Shown here: in pieces, positions 49,262-58,165 of the stretch
Layout of the letters: every line of letters starts with the position of its first letter
Numbering within the stretch: the stretch's first letter is position 1
DNA from: a virus
DNA length: 64,000 bases
Direction: 5' to 3' (one strand)
IMG/VR virus record: IMGVR_UViG_3300005253_000487
Span: 24,001-88,000 of that record
Notes under the pieces: model-generated
Seen by the model: the letters and a program-made list of their open reading frames with translations, nothing else
Told to the model about the DNA's origin: nothing
The model's database searches: none
Made by a program: the position numbers and the translations under genes

Positions 49262-49427
49262 GTTGCTCCGCTTCCCGTATGTAAGTCTGCAGACTGCGAG
49301 GCTCCGGGCAGTCCTCATGCCACACGCCTACGTTTTTTACCCACCACACACTGTCGTCAACTTCAATACCCTCATCACAGGACAAGCATGAAGTTGCGTA
49401 CTGGGTTGTGATTAGTAGTGCGCTCAT
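49248..49427 (-). CDS. 59-aa Zn-finger protein (below ORF-track cutoff)
   Basis: MSALLITTQYATSCLSCDEGIEVDDSVWWVKNVGVWHEDC...; ATGA overlap with the polymerase stop. Confidence 0.6.
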   Translation of the reverse strand: MSALLITTQYATSCLSCDEGIEVDDSVWWVKNVGVWHEDCPEPRSLQTYIREAEQREHR

Positions 49428-51781
49428 AGTTTATACTCTTCCAGGCTGCCCCACGATTCACCCACACTGTACTCCACTTCTAAGGGTACAACGAACCAAG
49501 GCTTTACCCACTCAAACACAATCGCCCTTGCCTGTTCCATAATGTGCACCACCTCCGGAACGAGCTTTGGATCGGGCGCTTCGATGAGCACGGAGTCATG
49601 GACAGTGTTGATGAAGCGCACACGTTGTAAGTTGCGGTCGTTTAACAGGCGGCGTGCGTGCACCATAATTGCAAACATTATCTGGGCGCAGGGTCCTTGG
49701 GCATGACTGTTGAGATAAGAGCGGAACGCGTGTTCTTGTCTGCCTCGGTTTGGATTGTCCCAATCACGATAGTGATAGATGTGCCCCAAGATGCTTTCGA
49801 ACCACCCACGGTTCTGGATGAATGCAACTTGGCATTCTGTGTGGTATTGGGGCAGGCGTTGGTATGTGTCGAAGAAGATAGTGGTAAAGCCCTCACACAT
49901 CGTTTGCGACCAGTCTAAGTCATACTCATTACGCGCCTGTCGTTGCACGTTCTCCCAACCCCCGCCGTACAAGAGTGCGAAGTTGATGGGCTTGGCGCGC
50001 GTGCGTTGCTCCTTCGTGGGGGTCGGTGCAAAGTTCCTGGCCGTTATTGTGTGCGCGTCGTCCCCGTTTATGTAACCTTGGATGCCTGTGGGATCCTTTG
50101 CAAGGCAGACCATGATGCGAAATTCCATCTGACTAAGATCTGCTTCAATCATTACACTGCCAGGGGGGACGCCAAATAGATCTCGTATCGCTGGTACCCG
50201 GGCGATGTTTTGCATGTTGGGCTTACGGGAGGAGGAGCGCCCAGTGTCTGTCCACGTCATTGGGTATTGGGAATGGATGCGGTTGTTAGGTTCGACTAGC
50301 TTGTCATACGCTTCAAGGTAGGTTGATAGCAGCTTGTCTACTTCCCGCACGTCCAAGAGGTGTGTTAGGAAGCCCGCACCGTCTCGAATCCATTTCTTTA
50401 TCGTCGACTTATCAGTTGAGGGTTCTCCCTTGTCTGTTGTGCCCATCGACTCGAGACGATGAATTGTGAATAGATATTCTTTAAGACCATTACCTGATTC
50501 GTGTACAGTGGGAATGAATGCAGGGTCCGCCGCCTGCCACGCTATGATGGAGGCCTTGCGTCTAGCCTTGTGCTCTTCAATTTGTGCCGCACGATACTCT
50601 TGACGTAAGTAGATGCCGGTGGTTTGGATGTGGCGAAGGACGAGGCTGCTAGGCCCGAGGACGCGGAGACAGAGGTCGCGTGTCCGGGGTTTGAGTAACT
50701 TGATGCCCTTGTAGAAAAGAAGGAGAGCCTGTACGACGTCCTCTCCGTTGTAAAGCGTATTGAGATTAGCGTCGGTATTCTTATGGGGCTGGTAGACGAG
50801 GTAGCGGTAGCCATCCAGTTCGTTTGCCGACAGCTCCTTGAGTGAGGGCATTTTGTACTGTCCGGCGTGGTACCAGATGACACCGATGTCGTAGACACCT
50901 GTGCAGCGTACATCAAAATCCAATTCGTACTCGTGCCAATCAAGATCGAAGCCTATGTTATTACTCACCACCGCCTTCTCAGGCTTACGCAGATAATCTT
51001 TGATCCGGTCAAGGAATGCAACGAACCAACTATCCTCTTCGCTTGCTGCAATGACAGTCTTGGCGTCTGCTGTAAGTGCGACACTCTTCATCTGTGCATG
51101 TGGATCCCATGAACGTAAGGTTGGTGTTTCAACGTCCAGGGAAATCAGTGGAGCAGCAAGCGCCTTGTCCAACGCTGCCCACATCTCAGCGCCCCCACCT
51201 TGCAGCACCTTCCACGGGAGCGGAGGTTCCCCGGCAGCGATGCGCGCCAATCGTTCGATGTGCTGCCTGAAGCGGGGCTCCAGGTCTGGACGCCGGAGCA
51301 TGTAGGCGGGGTGATAGATGTGATAGAAAACTTGACCGGGGAAGTCTGGGTGGTGGGCAACGTTACCACGGAAGCGATTGCTCTTTGCTCCGGGGAACAG
51401 GGCCGTGAGGGGCACGTTCCCAGCGAGCACTACAATGGGGTAGCCTCGTATCTCGTCGAGGACGAACTGCGACAGGCAGCACGCTACAGCCTTGGGCTTG
51501 GGTGTGGCATTGTTAGGTGGACGGCAGTGTAGGACATTGGAGTACGCGAACTCTGTAATGCCTACAGCGGCAAAGTGTGTGCGGAGTTTCTCACCCGCTC
51601 TGCCTGCCCAACCATAACCCTTCTCAACTTCCGTTGCACCTGGTGCTTCTCCTAAGACTAAGATGCGGGCGGTTGGCAGAGTAGCGGGTACAAAGTCCAC
51701 TAGCTTCATTGGACAATTGTGGCAACCCCCGGAAGGGTTGAGCAACTTGCTCTGGACGCCGATCTCTTCTAGTAGCGTCAT
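49424..51781 (-). CDS. polA: family A DNA polymerase with N-terminal family-4 uracil-DNA-glycosylase-like domain and 3'-5' exonuclease
   Basis: CHNC, GEAPG, CRPP.N, YHPAY; LDVET, FD; TGR.SS..PNMQN, DLSQME.R, R..AK.INF...YG, VHDS. Confidence 0.93.
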   Translation of the reverse strand: MTLLEEIGVQSKLLNPSGGCHNCPMKLVDFVPATLPTARILVLGEAPGATEVEKGYGWAGRAGEKLRTHFAAVGITEFAYSNVLHCRPPNNATPKPKAVACCLSQFVLDEIRGYPIVVLAGNVPLTALFPGAKSNRFRGNVAHHPDFPGQVFYHIYHPAYMLRRPDLEPRFRQHIERLARIAAGEPPLPWKVLQGGGAEMWAALDKALAAPLISLDVETPTLRSWDPHAQMKSVALTADAKTVIAASEEDSWFVAFLDRIKDYLRKPEKAVVSNNIGFDLDWHEYELDFDVRCTGVYDIGVIWYHAGQYKMPSLKELSANELDGYRYLVYQPHKNTDANLNTLYNGEDVVQALLLFYKGIKLLKPRTRDLCLRVLGPSSLVLRHIQTTGIYLRQEYRAAQIEEHKARRKASIIAWQAADPAFIPTVHESGNGLKEYLFTIHRLESMGTTDKGEPSTDKSTIKKWIRDGAGFLTHLLDVREVDKLLSTYLEAYDKLVEPNNRIHSQYPMTWTDTGRSSSRKPNMQNIARVPAIRDLFGVPPGSVMIEADLSQMEFRIMVCLAKDPTGIQGYINGDDAHTITARNFAPTPTKEQRTRAKPINFALLYGGGWENVQRQARNEYDLDWSQTMCEGFTTIFFDTYQRLPQYHTECQVAFIQNRGWFESILGHIYHYRDWDNPNRGRQEHAFRSYLNSHAQGPCAQIMFAIMVHARRLLNDRNLQRVRFINTVHDSVLIEAPDPKLVPEVVHIMEQARAIVFEWVKPWFVVPLEVEYSVGESWGSLEEYKL

Positions 51782-51785
51782 TGGT

Positions 51786-53015
51786 CTATATAAAATCTAA
51801 AAGGGAACGTTCCATTCCTTCTGGGTGATCTTGTTGGGGGTGTCCATCAAAGGCGCGCAGCACTGGTCCATAATCAGTGCCCAGCACCTCGTGGAGTAAC
51901 GCGTCTGGGTTGGTGTCCGCTTCGTGTTGGAGTCGTGCAATGAGGCGGAAGAGCATGATGTGATTGTGAAAAACGAAGCGGTGGGTCCAATACTCACTAT
52001 ACTTCCCGCTCACAAGGTCAGGGTACTTCTCTTCGTCTTCTAAGATCTGGGTGCATGAATAGCAATCGCATTGCCGCAGGAACATGCGTCCTACATTGTT
52101 GTCCCCACGCTCCTCCAAGGGTTTTGTAGCTAGTCCGTCCTGCACGGTTTGGATGACATGCCGATTGCGTGCTGCGATGTCTGCCGTCTGCGCGTCAGAC
52201 GTAAGGAACTCTAAGCTCGTCTGTGGACCGAGAACCATCAGTGTGGCGGCCGCTTGTGGTGCGACCGCGGCAAGGAAGTGCGCCCGCTTCATGTTGTGTT
52301 GCTTGATAAAGTGAAGGCAGTAGGCTACCGCTTTAGCATTAGAGGATGGGTCACGAGCCTTGAATGCCCAACCTTCTCCCTCGTCCTCGAACGGATAGAT
52401 CCTGGCCATGTCACTCCACCAACGCTCCATGTGCTTCGCGGTCCACCCATGCACTGCACCCCACCAACGGAAAGCGGTATCACCTTTACGAAGGCGGAGG
52501 TACGCGGGAAGCGCCCGCTTCGTGTTCGCCAGTGTAGTCTCAAGCGCAAACTCCCAGATGCGCTTGCCCTCCATGTCCACGGGTGGGATGTCCAACACAA
52601 CGCCCACAGTGCAGAGCGCCTCTTGCCATTTTAACACGTCCACGGGGTCCAGCTTTTGTTGGTGCGGTGCACCAGCGAAGCCCTTGAGCAGGGAGCAAGA
52701 CACTCCGCCCACTTCGTAGAAGGGCACGGAGTTGGACATACCATAGCGCATGGCAGAGAAGCCCCCGGAGTCTCCAAACACATACGCATCCTTTGGTAGC
52801 GCTATCGCCTTGTCACGGAAGTAGTAATACGTGATAAGAGTATGGGGATAGTAGGCGTCTGTTCCCTTCACCTCGTCATCCATCCAATTGACGAAGCTGA
52901 GATCCTGCAATGGGTTACGCGAGGTTGTCTTGCCAAGGAATTGCCGTGAGGCTTTCCCCCCAGGGATCCAACGCGTCGTCCCATCTGCTAGCGCCGGGAG
53001 GTACAAGAACTTCAT
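51786..53015 (-). CDS. dpdA: TGT-fold 7-deazaguanine DNA transglycosylase (DpdA-like)
   Basis: DSGGFS, LDIPP, VHG, HFL, SD..T, Zn motif CDCYSC...HN; between folE and polA. Confidence 0.8.
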   Translation of the reverse strand: MKFLYLPALADGTTRWIPGGKASRQFLGKTTSRNPLQDLSFVNWMDDEVKGTDAYYPHTLITYYYFRDKAIALPKDAYVFGDSGGFSAMRYGMSNSVPFYEVGGVSCSLLKGFAGAPHQQKLDPVDVLKWQEALCTVGVVLDIPPVDMEGKRIWEFALETTLANTKRALPAYLRLRKGDTAFRWWGAVHGWTAKHMERWWSDMARIYPFEDEGEGWAFKARDPSSNAKAVAYCLHFIKQHNMKRAHFLAAVAPQAAATLMVLGPQTSLEFLTSDAQTADIAARNRHVIQTVQDGLATKPLEERGDNNVGRMFLRQCDCYSCTQILEDEEKYPDLVSGKYSEYWTHRFVFHNHIMLFRLIARLQHEADTNPDALLHEVLGTDYGPVLRAFDGHPQQDHPEGMERSLLDFI

Positions 53016-53656
53016 AGTGGATGCTCCGTGCGGACCAATTGTAGGAACTCCGCACGCGCCTCAGGCTTCGTTAGGAACACCCCGCGGAGTGCTGAAGTGG
53101 AGAGATCGCCTTTGTGTTCCACCCCACGTAGTTCCATGCACATGTGGCGGGCGTGGATAACGACGCCTACTCCCCCCCGTGGCCCAAGATTGCGTGCCCG
53201 CTTACGCCACCCAGGGCCGCCTTTGTCCTCTTCCTTACCGGGGTCCTTGTCCACTACAAGGCTGGCGACGTAGTCTGCGATCTGTGCCGTCAGCTCCTCT
53301 TGCACCTGAGGGCGTCTTGCAAACCAATCTGTAATGCGTGAGAGTTTGGACAGTCCCACCAACTTGCCTGTACCTGGAACGTAACCAATTGTAGCTTCTC
53401 CGAGGAAGGGTAGTAGGTGGTGGGCACACATAGAGCGTATGGGAATGTGACGTAGCACTATCATCTCATCTACGTCCGTATCGAACGTCGTGACCTTTGG
53501 ACCGTGCTCATTTAGTCCACGGCACAGTTCGTGCGTCCATGCTTTGGCGGCCCGCTTTGGTGTATCCTCCAGATGCCCCTCTAGCTTTTCGTAGCCAAGG
53601 CAGCGTAAAACCTCGGCGAAGGCAGTTGCCAATCCTTCCTCGTCTATCTTGTGCAT
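53012..53656 (-). CDS. folE: GTP cyclohydrolase I
   Basis: DTPKR, SMCAHHLLPF, GLSKL.R, RRPQVQE, HMCM..RG. Confidence 0.93.
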   Translation of the reverse strand: MHKIDEEGLATAFAEVLRCLGYEKLEGHLEDTPKRAAKAWTHELCRGLNEHGPKVTTFDTDVDEMIVLRHIPIRSMCAHHLLPFLGEATIGYVPGTGKLVGLSKLSRITDWFARRPQVQEELTAQIADYVASLVVDKDPGKEEDKGGPGWRKRARNLGPRGGVGVVIHARHMCMELRGVEHKGDLSTSALRGVFLTKPEARAEFLQLVRTEHPL

Positions 53657-54462
53657 TAACGTACTCCTATCACCTTGTGGATTTGAACGCTGATGCGCCA
53701 ACGTGGATCATTACGTGTGATTTCCAGACAGCGGTCCACGGCGCCTGGAGCGAAGCCCGGGAAGCCTTTGCGCCACTCTTCGCCACTGCCGTCACTAAGC
53801 ACGGCGGGACTGACGTAGTGCTTGGGTGCCGCGTAGTAGATTGGGTGTCCGGTATTCTCGTCTGCGATAACGTAACGATACTCTCCACCACGCCCGTGGG
53901 TCATTGCACGTTTTGATAGTAGTGTTATGACTTCGCGTGAGAGCTTAGACGATTGTGGATTGTGATTGTGGGCAAGTGCGGTTGATGTTTGGGCAATCTG
54001 GTCCTTAGGACTTACGGTAATCCAATCCACGGTCTCGAGCGTCTCCCGGTACGTCGTACCGTTTGTTTCAACAGCGACGTAGAAAGTGGGAGTATGTTGC
54101 ATGGCGCGTAACACGACGGCGTCGAACTGCGGAGAGGCGGTGGGTTCCCCCCCGGTAAGGATGAGCATGGGTGCATCCTCCAAGCGTGCTCTGCCAAATG
54201 TGCGTACCTTGGGTATGAGTGGTGCAATCATGTCGTCAAACAATGCGTCGAGTGTTACTTTATGCCTAGCTTTCATGTAAGGGGTGTCGCACACGACACC
54301 GGGTGCAAACTCGCACGCGAGTGGACAGCCGGCAAAGCGCACAAAGATGGCCCAACGCCCAGCATTACGTCCCTCACCTTGTGGAGCAGCAAAGACTTCG
54401 ACCAGTGAGACTGTTGGTTCCAGTTTAGGGGCCCCTCCACGGTCTCGAGCGTCTCTCGGCAC
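53656..54462 (-). CDS. queE: 7-carboxy-7-deazaguanine synthase (radical SAM); exact start uncertain
   Basis: EVF...QGEG, FVRFAGC, CDT, LTGGEP, ETNG, TVSPK, S.Q.HK. Confidence 0.92.
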   Translation of the reverse strand: MPRDARDRGGAPKLEPTVSLVEVFAAPQGEGRNAGRWAIFVRFAGCPLACEFAPGVVCDTPYMKARHKVTLDALFDDMIAPLIPKVRTFGRARLEDAPMLILTGGEPTASPQFDAVVLRAMQHTPTFYVAVETNGTTYRETLETVDWITVSPKDQIAQTSTALAHNHNPQSSKLSREVITLLSKRAMTHGRGGEYRYVIADENTGHPIYYAAPKHYVSPAVLSDGSGEEWRKGFPGFAPGAVDRCLEITRNDPRWRISVQIHKVIGVR

Positions 54463-54467
54463 GTCGT
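54026..54467. repeat. 32-bp direct repeat (54026-54057 and 54436-54467), 30/32 identical
   Basis: TCCACGGTCTCGAGCGTCTC[C/T]CGG[T/C]ACGTCGT. Confidence 0.9.
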
Positions 54468-54592
54468 GTGTTCTGCGGTCTCTTTACGCCTCGCGCCTTG
54501 TCCTCTTTCTTCCAATGAGTATCTTGACGCTCGAACAGTAGCACTACGAAGAGTACGAAGAGAATACCTCCTCCAATGATTGCAGGTACCAT
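54425..54592 (-). CDS. 55-aa single-TM protein
   Basis: MVPAIIGGGILFVLFVVLLFERQ...; GAGGAAAGGA RBS. Confidence 0.5.
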   Translation of the reverse strand: MVPAIIGGGILFVLFVVLLFERQDTHWKKEDKARGVKRPQNTRRAERRSRPWRGP

Positions 54593-54627
54593 AGAGTAAT
54601 TCCTTTCCTCAATACAATAGTCGGATG

Positions 54628-55062
54628 TTAGATGTTGTCGAGCAGTCCACCTGTGGGTTTTGCAGCTTCCACCTTTGCTGGTGCTGGAGGTTCAACACCG
54701 AAATGGATGTACAACGCATCCGTGCCACCTGCAAGGTCGATGATCTCTTGCATCTCTTCTACCACGTGTCGGGGTTCTCCCAACACCTTCACCATCCGTT
54801 CTGTTAATGCTTCTGCCGCCTTGGGCTTTTTGGGCGCCACATAGGGTAGACGGGGTGCACCAGCGCCCTTGGGCAGTAACGCTTGCCAGGTACCGACGAT
54901 GAGTGCAGGTTCCCGCCGGAGATCCATTTGCAGATAGCGTGCGGCAATGGCGTAGTGCTTATTCCCCGCCAGGAAACGGTGCATCATGTACGTGGGTGCA
55001 GTACCCGAGAGCTTTGTCTTGGTCCATAGGCTATCTAGCCACGCGAATAAATTAGATGCCAT
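54628..55062 (-). CDS. clamp loader small subunit (T4 gp62-like), putative
   Basis: LF.WL..L...K......YMMHRFL pattern; TAAGGA RBS. Confidence 0.5.
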   Translation of the reverse strand: MASNLFAWLDSLWTKTKLSGTAPTYMMHRFLAGNKHYAIAARYLQMDLRREPALIVGTWQALLPKGAGAPRLPYVAPKKPKAAEALTERMVKVLGEPRHVVEEMQEIIDLAGGTDALYIHFGVEPPAPAKVEAAKPTGGLLDNI

Positions 55063-55112
55063 AATATCCTTATCTCGTATGAAGGCGTTGAAATCTATCA
55101 CCCGTCCTTGTT

Positions 55113-55607
55113 CTACCACCCTTCGGGTAGATGTTCTAGGAAGTGATAGATTATTTTAGCAGCACAATCCAAAGTGACTGTATTCTGATCATCGCCCGAG
55201 AATGTGATTGATGCAATGACACGTCGATCATTGTAACGACCATATAGTAAATCGATTCTGTCTATGGCAGCGTCTTCAACCAAACGGGTTGCGTGCTGGA
55301 CAAACATATTAAATTTGTGTTGGCCAAACCATAGCCATAGATTTGCAGGAGCGCTCCAATGCTGCTCGTCGCTACGTTGGTGCCCGGCGCAAGACTGTAG
55401 AGTGCATATTCCCTTCAGATCATTTATCGCAGCGCATAAAGGGATAATGCGGTCATCTGGGTAGCCCATACCACCTGGTCCACGTGGTCCCTTTATCTTC
55501 CCGTGCCACAAATGTAGCTCACGCGTCTTGTCCTTGCGTGTCATGTGTGTAATATGGTTTGGCGTGTGAAGCATGTTGTCCAGTAACGCCATCAATGCGT
55601 TGGGCAT
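55113..55607 (-). CDS. TYW3/Taw3-like domain protein
   Basis: PDDRIIPLCAAIN...ICTLQSCAGH resembles the TYW3 D..I..L...IN.....T.SSC.G motif. Confidence 0.5.
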   Translation of the reverse strand: MPNALMALLDNMLHTPNHITHMTRKDKTRELHLWHGKIKGPRGPGGMGYPDDRIIPLCAAINDLKGICTLQSCAGHQRSDEQHWSAPANLWLWFGQHKFNMFVQHATRLVEDAAIDRIDLLYGRYNDRRVIASITFSGDDQNTVTLDCAAKIIYHFLEHLPEGW

Positions 55608-56189
55608 TTATACGGGTTCCCCGCTAATGCCGCGGGGCTTTGTTTCGTCGATGCGCGTAATGTAAGGGAGGTGTCGATATCCTTCCGCGTGGTCCATACC
55701 GTATCCCACAACGAAGGCGGGTTGGGACATACAGAAGCCTGTGAAACGCGGATGGTTGAGTCGTCCCGCCTTCGTGTTCTTGTTCAATAGCACGCACGCC
55801 TCCACACTCTTGGGTTCTTGTGCTTTGATAATATCGAACACGCGCCGGAGCGTAGTACCGCTGTCCAGTATGTCGTCCACCACCAAGACGTGCTTCCCGC
55901 GGTAAATGGTGTCTGGTGGTACGTAACCAAGCTTCACCCAACCTGGCGACTCCATCCCCGATCCATACGATGCGACAATCATAAAGTCTACCGTGTGGGG
56001 TAGTGTGATGTGCCGCATCAAGTCTGCCAAGAAGATAAAGCTGCCTTTGAGCAGTCCGATGAGTAGTAGTGGCGCATACTCCGCTTGCTTGTAATGCTCC
56101 TCGATGTCAGAACCTAGCTGCACTACACGCTCATGTAGCAGACTTTGGCTTATGAATTGTGCGTCGGGGGTGTAGGGCACGTCTGTCAT
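55608..56189 (-). CDS. hpt: hypoxanthine/guanine phosphoribosyltransferase
   Basis: LLKGSFIFLADL, VASYG, VLVVDDILDSGTTL, FVVGYGMD...YR.LP. Confidence 0.92.
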   Translation of the reverse strand: MTDVPYTPDAQFISQSLLHERVVQLGSDIEEHYKQAEYAPLLLIGLLKGSFIFLADLMRHITLPHTVDFMIVASYGSGMESPGWVKLGYVPPDTIYRGKHVLVVDDILDSGTTLRRVFDIIKAQEPKSVEACVLLNKNTKAGRLNHPRFTGFCMSQPAFVVGYGMDHAEGYRHLPYITRIDETKPRGISGEPV

Positions 56190-56497
56190 TCTTGGTCTCC
56201 TCGCAGGAGTTGAAGCTCTGCTGCCTGGTCTGCTATTCGTGTCTCTAGAACTATAATCCGCTGCCGCTCCTTGTGGAGTGTCTCGCGGTAGGCTTGATTG
56301 GTGGCGTAAACGATTTGGTAGGCGAGTTTCATGGACATGGGAAGTCCATCTAGTATCACGGTGAATGCTATGTTCGTGTTAAGGTCTTCGAAGTCATGGC
56401 GGTTACCTTCGAAGACGATGTGGTCAGGATAGATCTCAATTTTGATCGCAGGATCGCCGTCCGGTCCGGTGGGTAGAATGTTTTGTGGAGGAGTCAT
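56186..56497 (-). CDS. hypothetical protein
   Basis: ATGA-coupled at both ends. Confidence 0.5.
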   Translation of the reverse strand: MTPPQNILPTGPDGDPAIKIEIYPDHIVFEGNRHDFEDLNTNIAFTVILDGLPMSMKLAYQIVYATNQAYRETLHKERQRIIVLETRIADQAAELQLLRGDQE

Positions 56498-57045
56498 GCG
56501 TAGTATCTCTTAAGTCTGTCTTGCACGTCCATTTGACGACGGATCCTTTCCATGGCGATGAGGAGTGTGTCGTGCCCGCCGCCCGTGGGTGTTCCAACAA
56601 CTCTGCACAGTTCGGCGTTGTCTACAGCGAACTCGAATGTCTCACCGTCTACCCCGTGGTTGATGAGGCCTTTGCCTATACACTCGAAGAACTTATTCCA
56701 ACCAGCGACGGTTATAATCCAACCGTCGCTTAAGATCTGCTGCCGTGGATGCGTGAGTGACTTTTTACGAAGACGTACAAGACCCGCACGTACAAGACCC
56801 GTACGCGCAAGAGCTGTGAGTGCGAAGCGTCCGTTCGTAAAGCTGCTGTGCTTCTGCACTTCCGCTTCACGCCCCGCAGGCACCCTCCACCACATCATAC
56901 ACACATCTTCTATCTGATGCATGGTGATGGGTGTTGCGTAGTCATCTGCCAGTATTAAGCAGTACGCTAACGCCCGGAAGCGCCATCCGGGTTGTTCCTT
57001 GCGCTGGTTTGGTATCCAGAGTCCGATGCTTGGTTGTCCCCCCAT
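56494..57045 (-). CDS. hypothetical protein (possibly winged-helix)
   Basis: GGAGG RBS; operon fit. Confidence 0.5.
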   Translation of the reverse strand: MGGQPSIGLWIPNQRKEQPGWRFRALAYCLILADDYATPITMHQIEDVCMMWWRVPAGREAEVQKHSSFTNGRFALTALARTGLVRAGLVRLRKKSLTHPRQQILSDGWIITVAGWNKFFECIGKGLINHGVDGETFEFAVDNAELCRVVGTPTGGGHDTLLIAMERIRRQMDVQDRLKRYYA

Positions 57046-57048
57046 GGT

Positions 57049-57978
57049 TTATAACCCCTCCATTGCTTCAGAGCAGACGCCGAGGAAGTGCACAATGGGG
57101 TCCGGTGTGAATCCGCTTTCGTGTACACCCTTGCCGAGGATGTGCCGCAAGAAGCCTGCGCGTGCGTGTGTGTCTGGTACGGCCCAAAACAATTCGACCA
57201 GTCCGTCGAGGACGTCGAAGGTGTCTTGGGTGGTGAGCTGGCGTAGTCCCGTAAAGTTCTTCCCCTCCAGCAAGGCGAATAATGCCACACCATCGACGGT
57301 GTTGGCTTCGGTGGCAGGCGCAAGTTCCCCCCTCGCAAGATACATACGTTGGGCCTGCCAGAGCATCCGCCTCATGTCTGGGTAGCGCTCTGCGTAGGTA
57401 AGGATGGCGGGGACTTCTGCTGTGATACCCTCGCGCTCCAGCACACTTGCAAGAATACGGTATCGTTCTTTGAACGGTGGGGGTCCGAGCGTTAACAACT
57501 GGCAGCGGCTTTGGATGGCGCCGATGATGCGGAACAGCTTGTTGGCGGTGAGGATAAAGCGCGCCCGGTCTGCATACGCCTCGATGAGATTGCGTAACCC
57601 CGTCTGTGCGTCTGAGGTCATTGCGTCAGCCTCATCCAGGAACACAATGTTGAAGCGTGCATCTGTCATCGCTGTGACGAAGGTACCAATCTTGCCACGC
57701 ACAACGTCGATGCCCCGCTCCACGCTGGCATTCAGTACCAGGTAACGACAGTCTAGAGCGCGGTATAGAATGCGTGCGATCGTTGTCTTGCCCGCACCAG
57801 GTGGACCCGCCATGAGGAGGTGAGGTATTTCCCCGGCCGCGAGGTAGGCGCTAAGAACGGCGCGGTTGTCGCTTTCGAGTGCCAGTTCTTCGAGCTTTGT
57901 TGGCCGGTACTTTTCGGTCCACAGTATGTCTGTTAGGACGTCTGGAGCCTTTGCCTTTGCCGCCTTTCCTTTTGCCAT
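57049..57978 (-). CDS. clamp loader AAA+ subunit (RFC small / T4 gp44-like)
   Basis: WTEKYRP, GPPGAGKTT, NAS.ERGIDVVR, DEAD, SRC. Confidence 0.93.
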   Translation of the reverse strand: MAKGKAAKAKAPDVLTDILWTEKYRPTKLEELALESDNRAVLSAYLAAGEIPHLLMAGPPGAGKTTIARILYRALDCRYLVLNASVERGIDVVRGKIGTFVTAMTDARFNIVFLDEADAMTSDAQTGLRNLIEAYADRARFILTANKLFRIIGAIQSRCQLLTLGPPPFKERYRILASVLEREGITAEVPAILTYAERYPDMRRMLWQAQRMYLARGELAPATEANTVDGVALFALLEGKNFTGLRQLTTQDTFDVLDGLVELFWAVPDTHARAGFLRHILGKGVHESGFTPDPIVHFLGVCSEAMEGL

Positions 57979-58165
57979 CAGTCTTCTCCGCTTGTTCCGT
58001 TGCTATATGATCTAGGAGTGTGTCGTTCTGCAGGTACGTCAACAAGCCTGCGTCCGGACGGTGAAGCCCGTGGTGCTCGCCGCCGCACGCACACCTACAA
58101 CTCTTGGCGGGCGACGCTGCACGCCGGCAACGGCGAGCATGGCCACGGGAACAGACTTCAGGCAT
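57851..58165 (-). CDS. small Cys/His-rich protein
   Basis: CRCACGGEHHG; long overlap with the clamp loader start lowers confidence. Confidence 0.35.
   Translation of the reverse strand: MPEVCSRGHARRCRRAASPAKSCRCACGGEHHGLHRPDAGLLTYLQNDTLLDHIATEQAEKTDGKRKGGKGKGSRRPNRHTVDRKVPANKARRTGTRKRQPRRS

Noticed and set aside
54026-54467. CRISPR array or diversity-generating retroelement based on the 32-bp repeat
   Set aside because: Only two copies 410 bp apart, no spacer periodicity, no cas or reverse transcriptase gene, and the mismatches are not adenine-specific in one direction.
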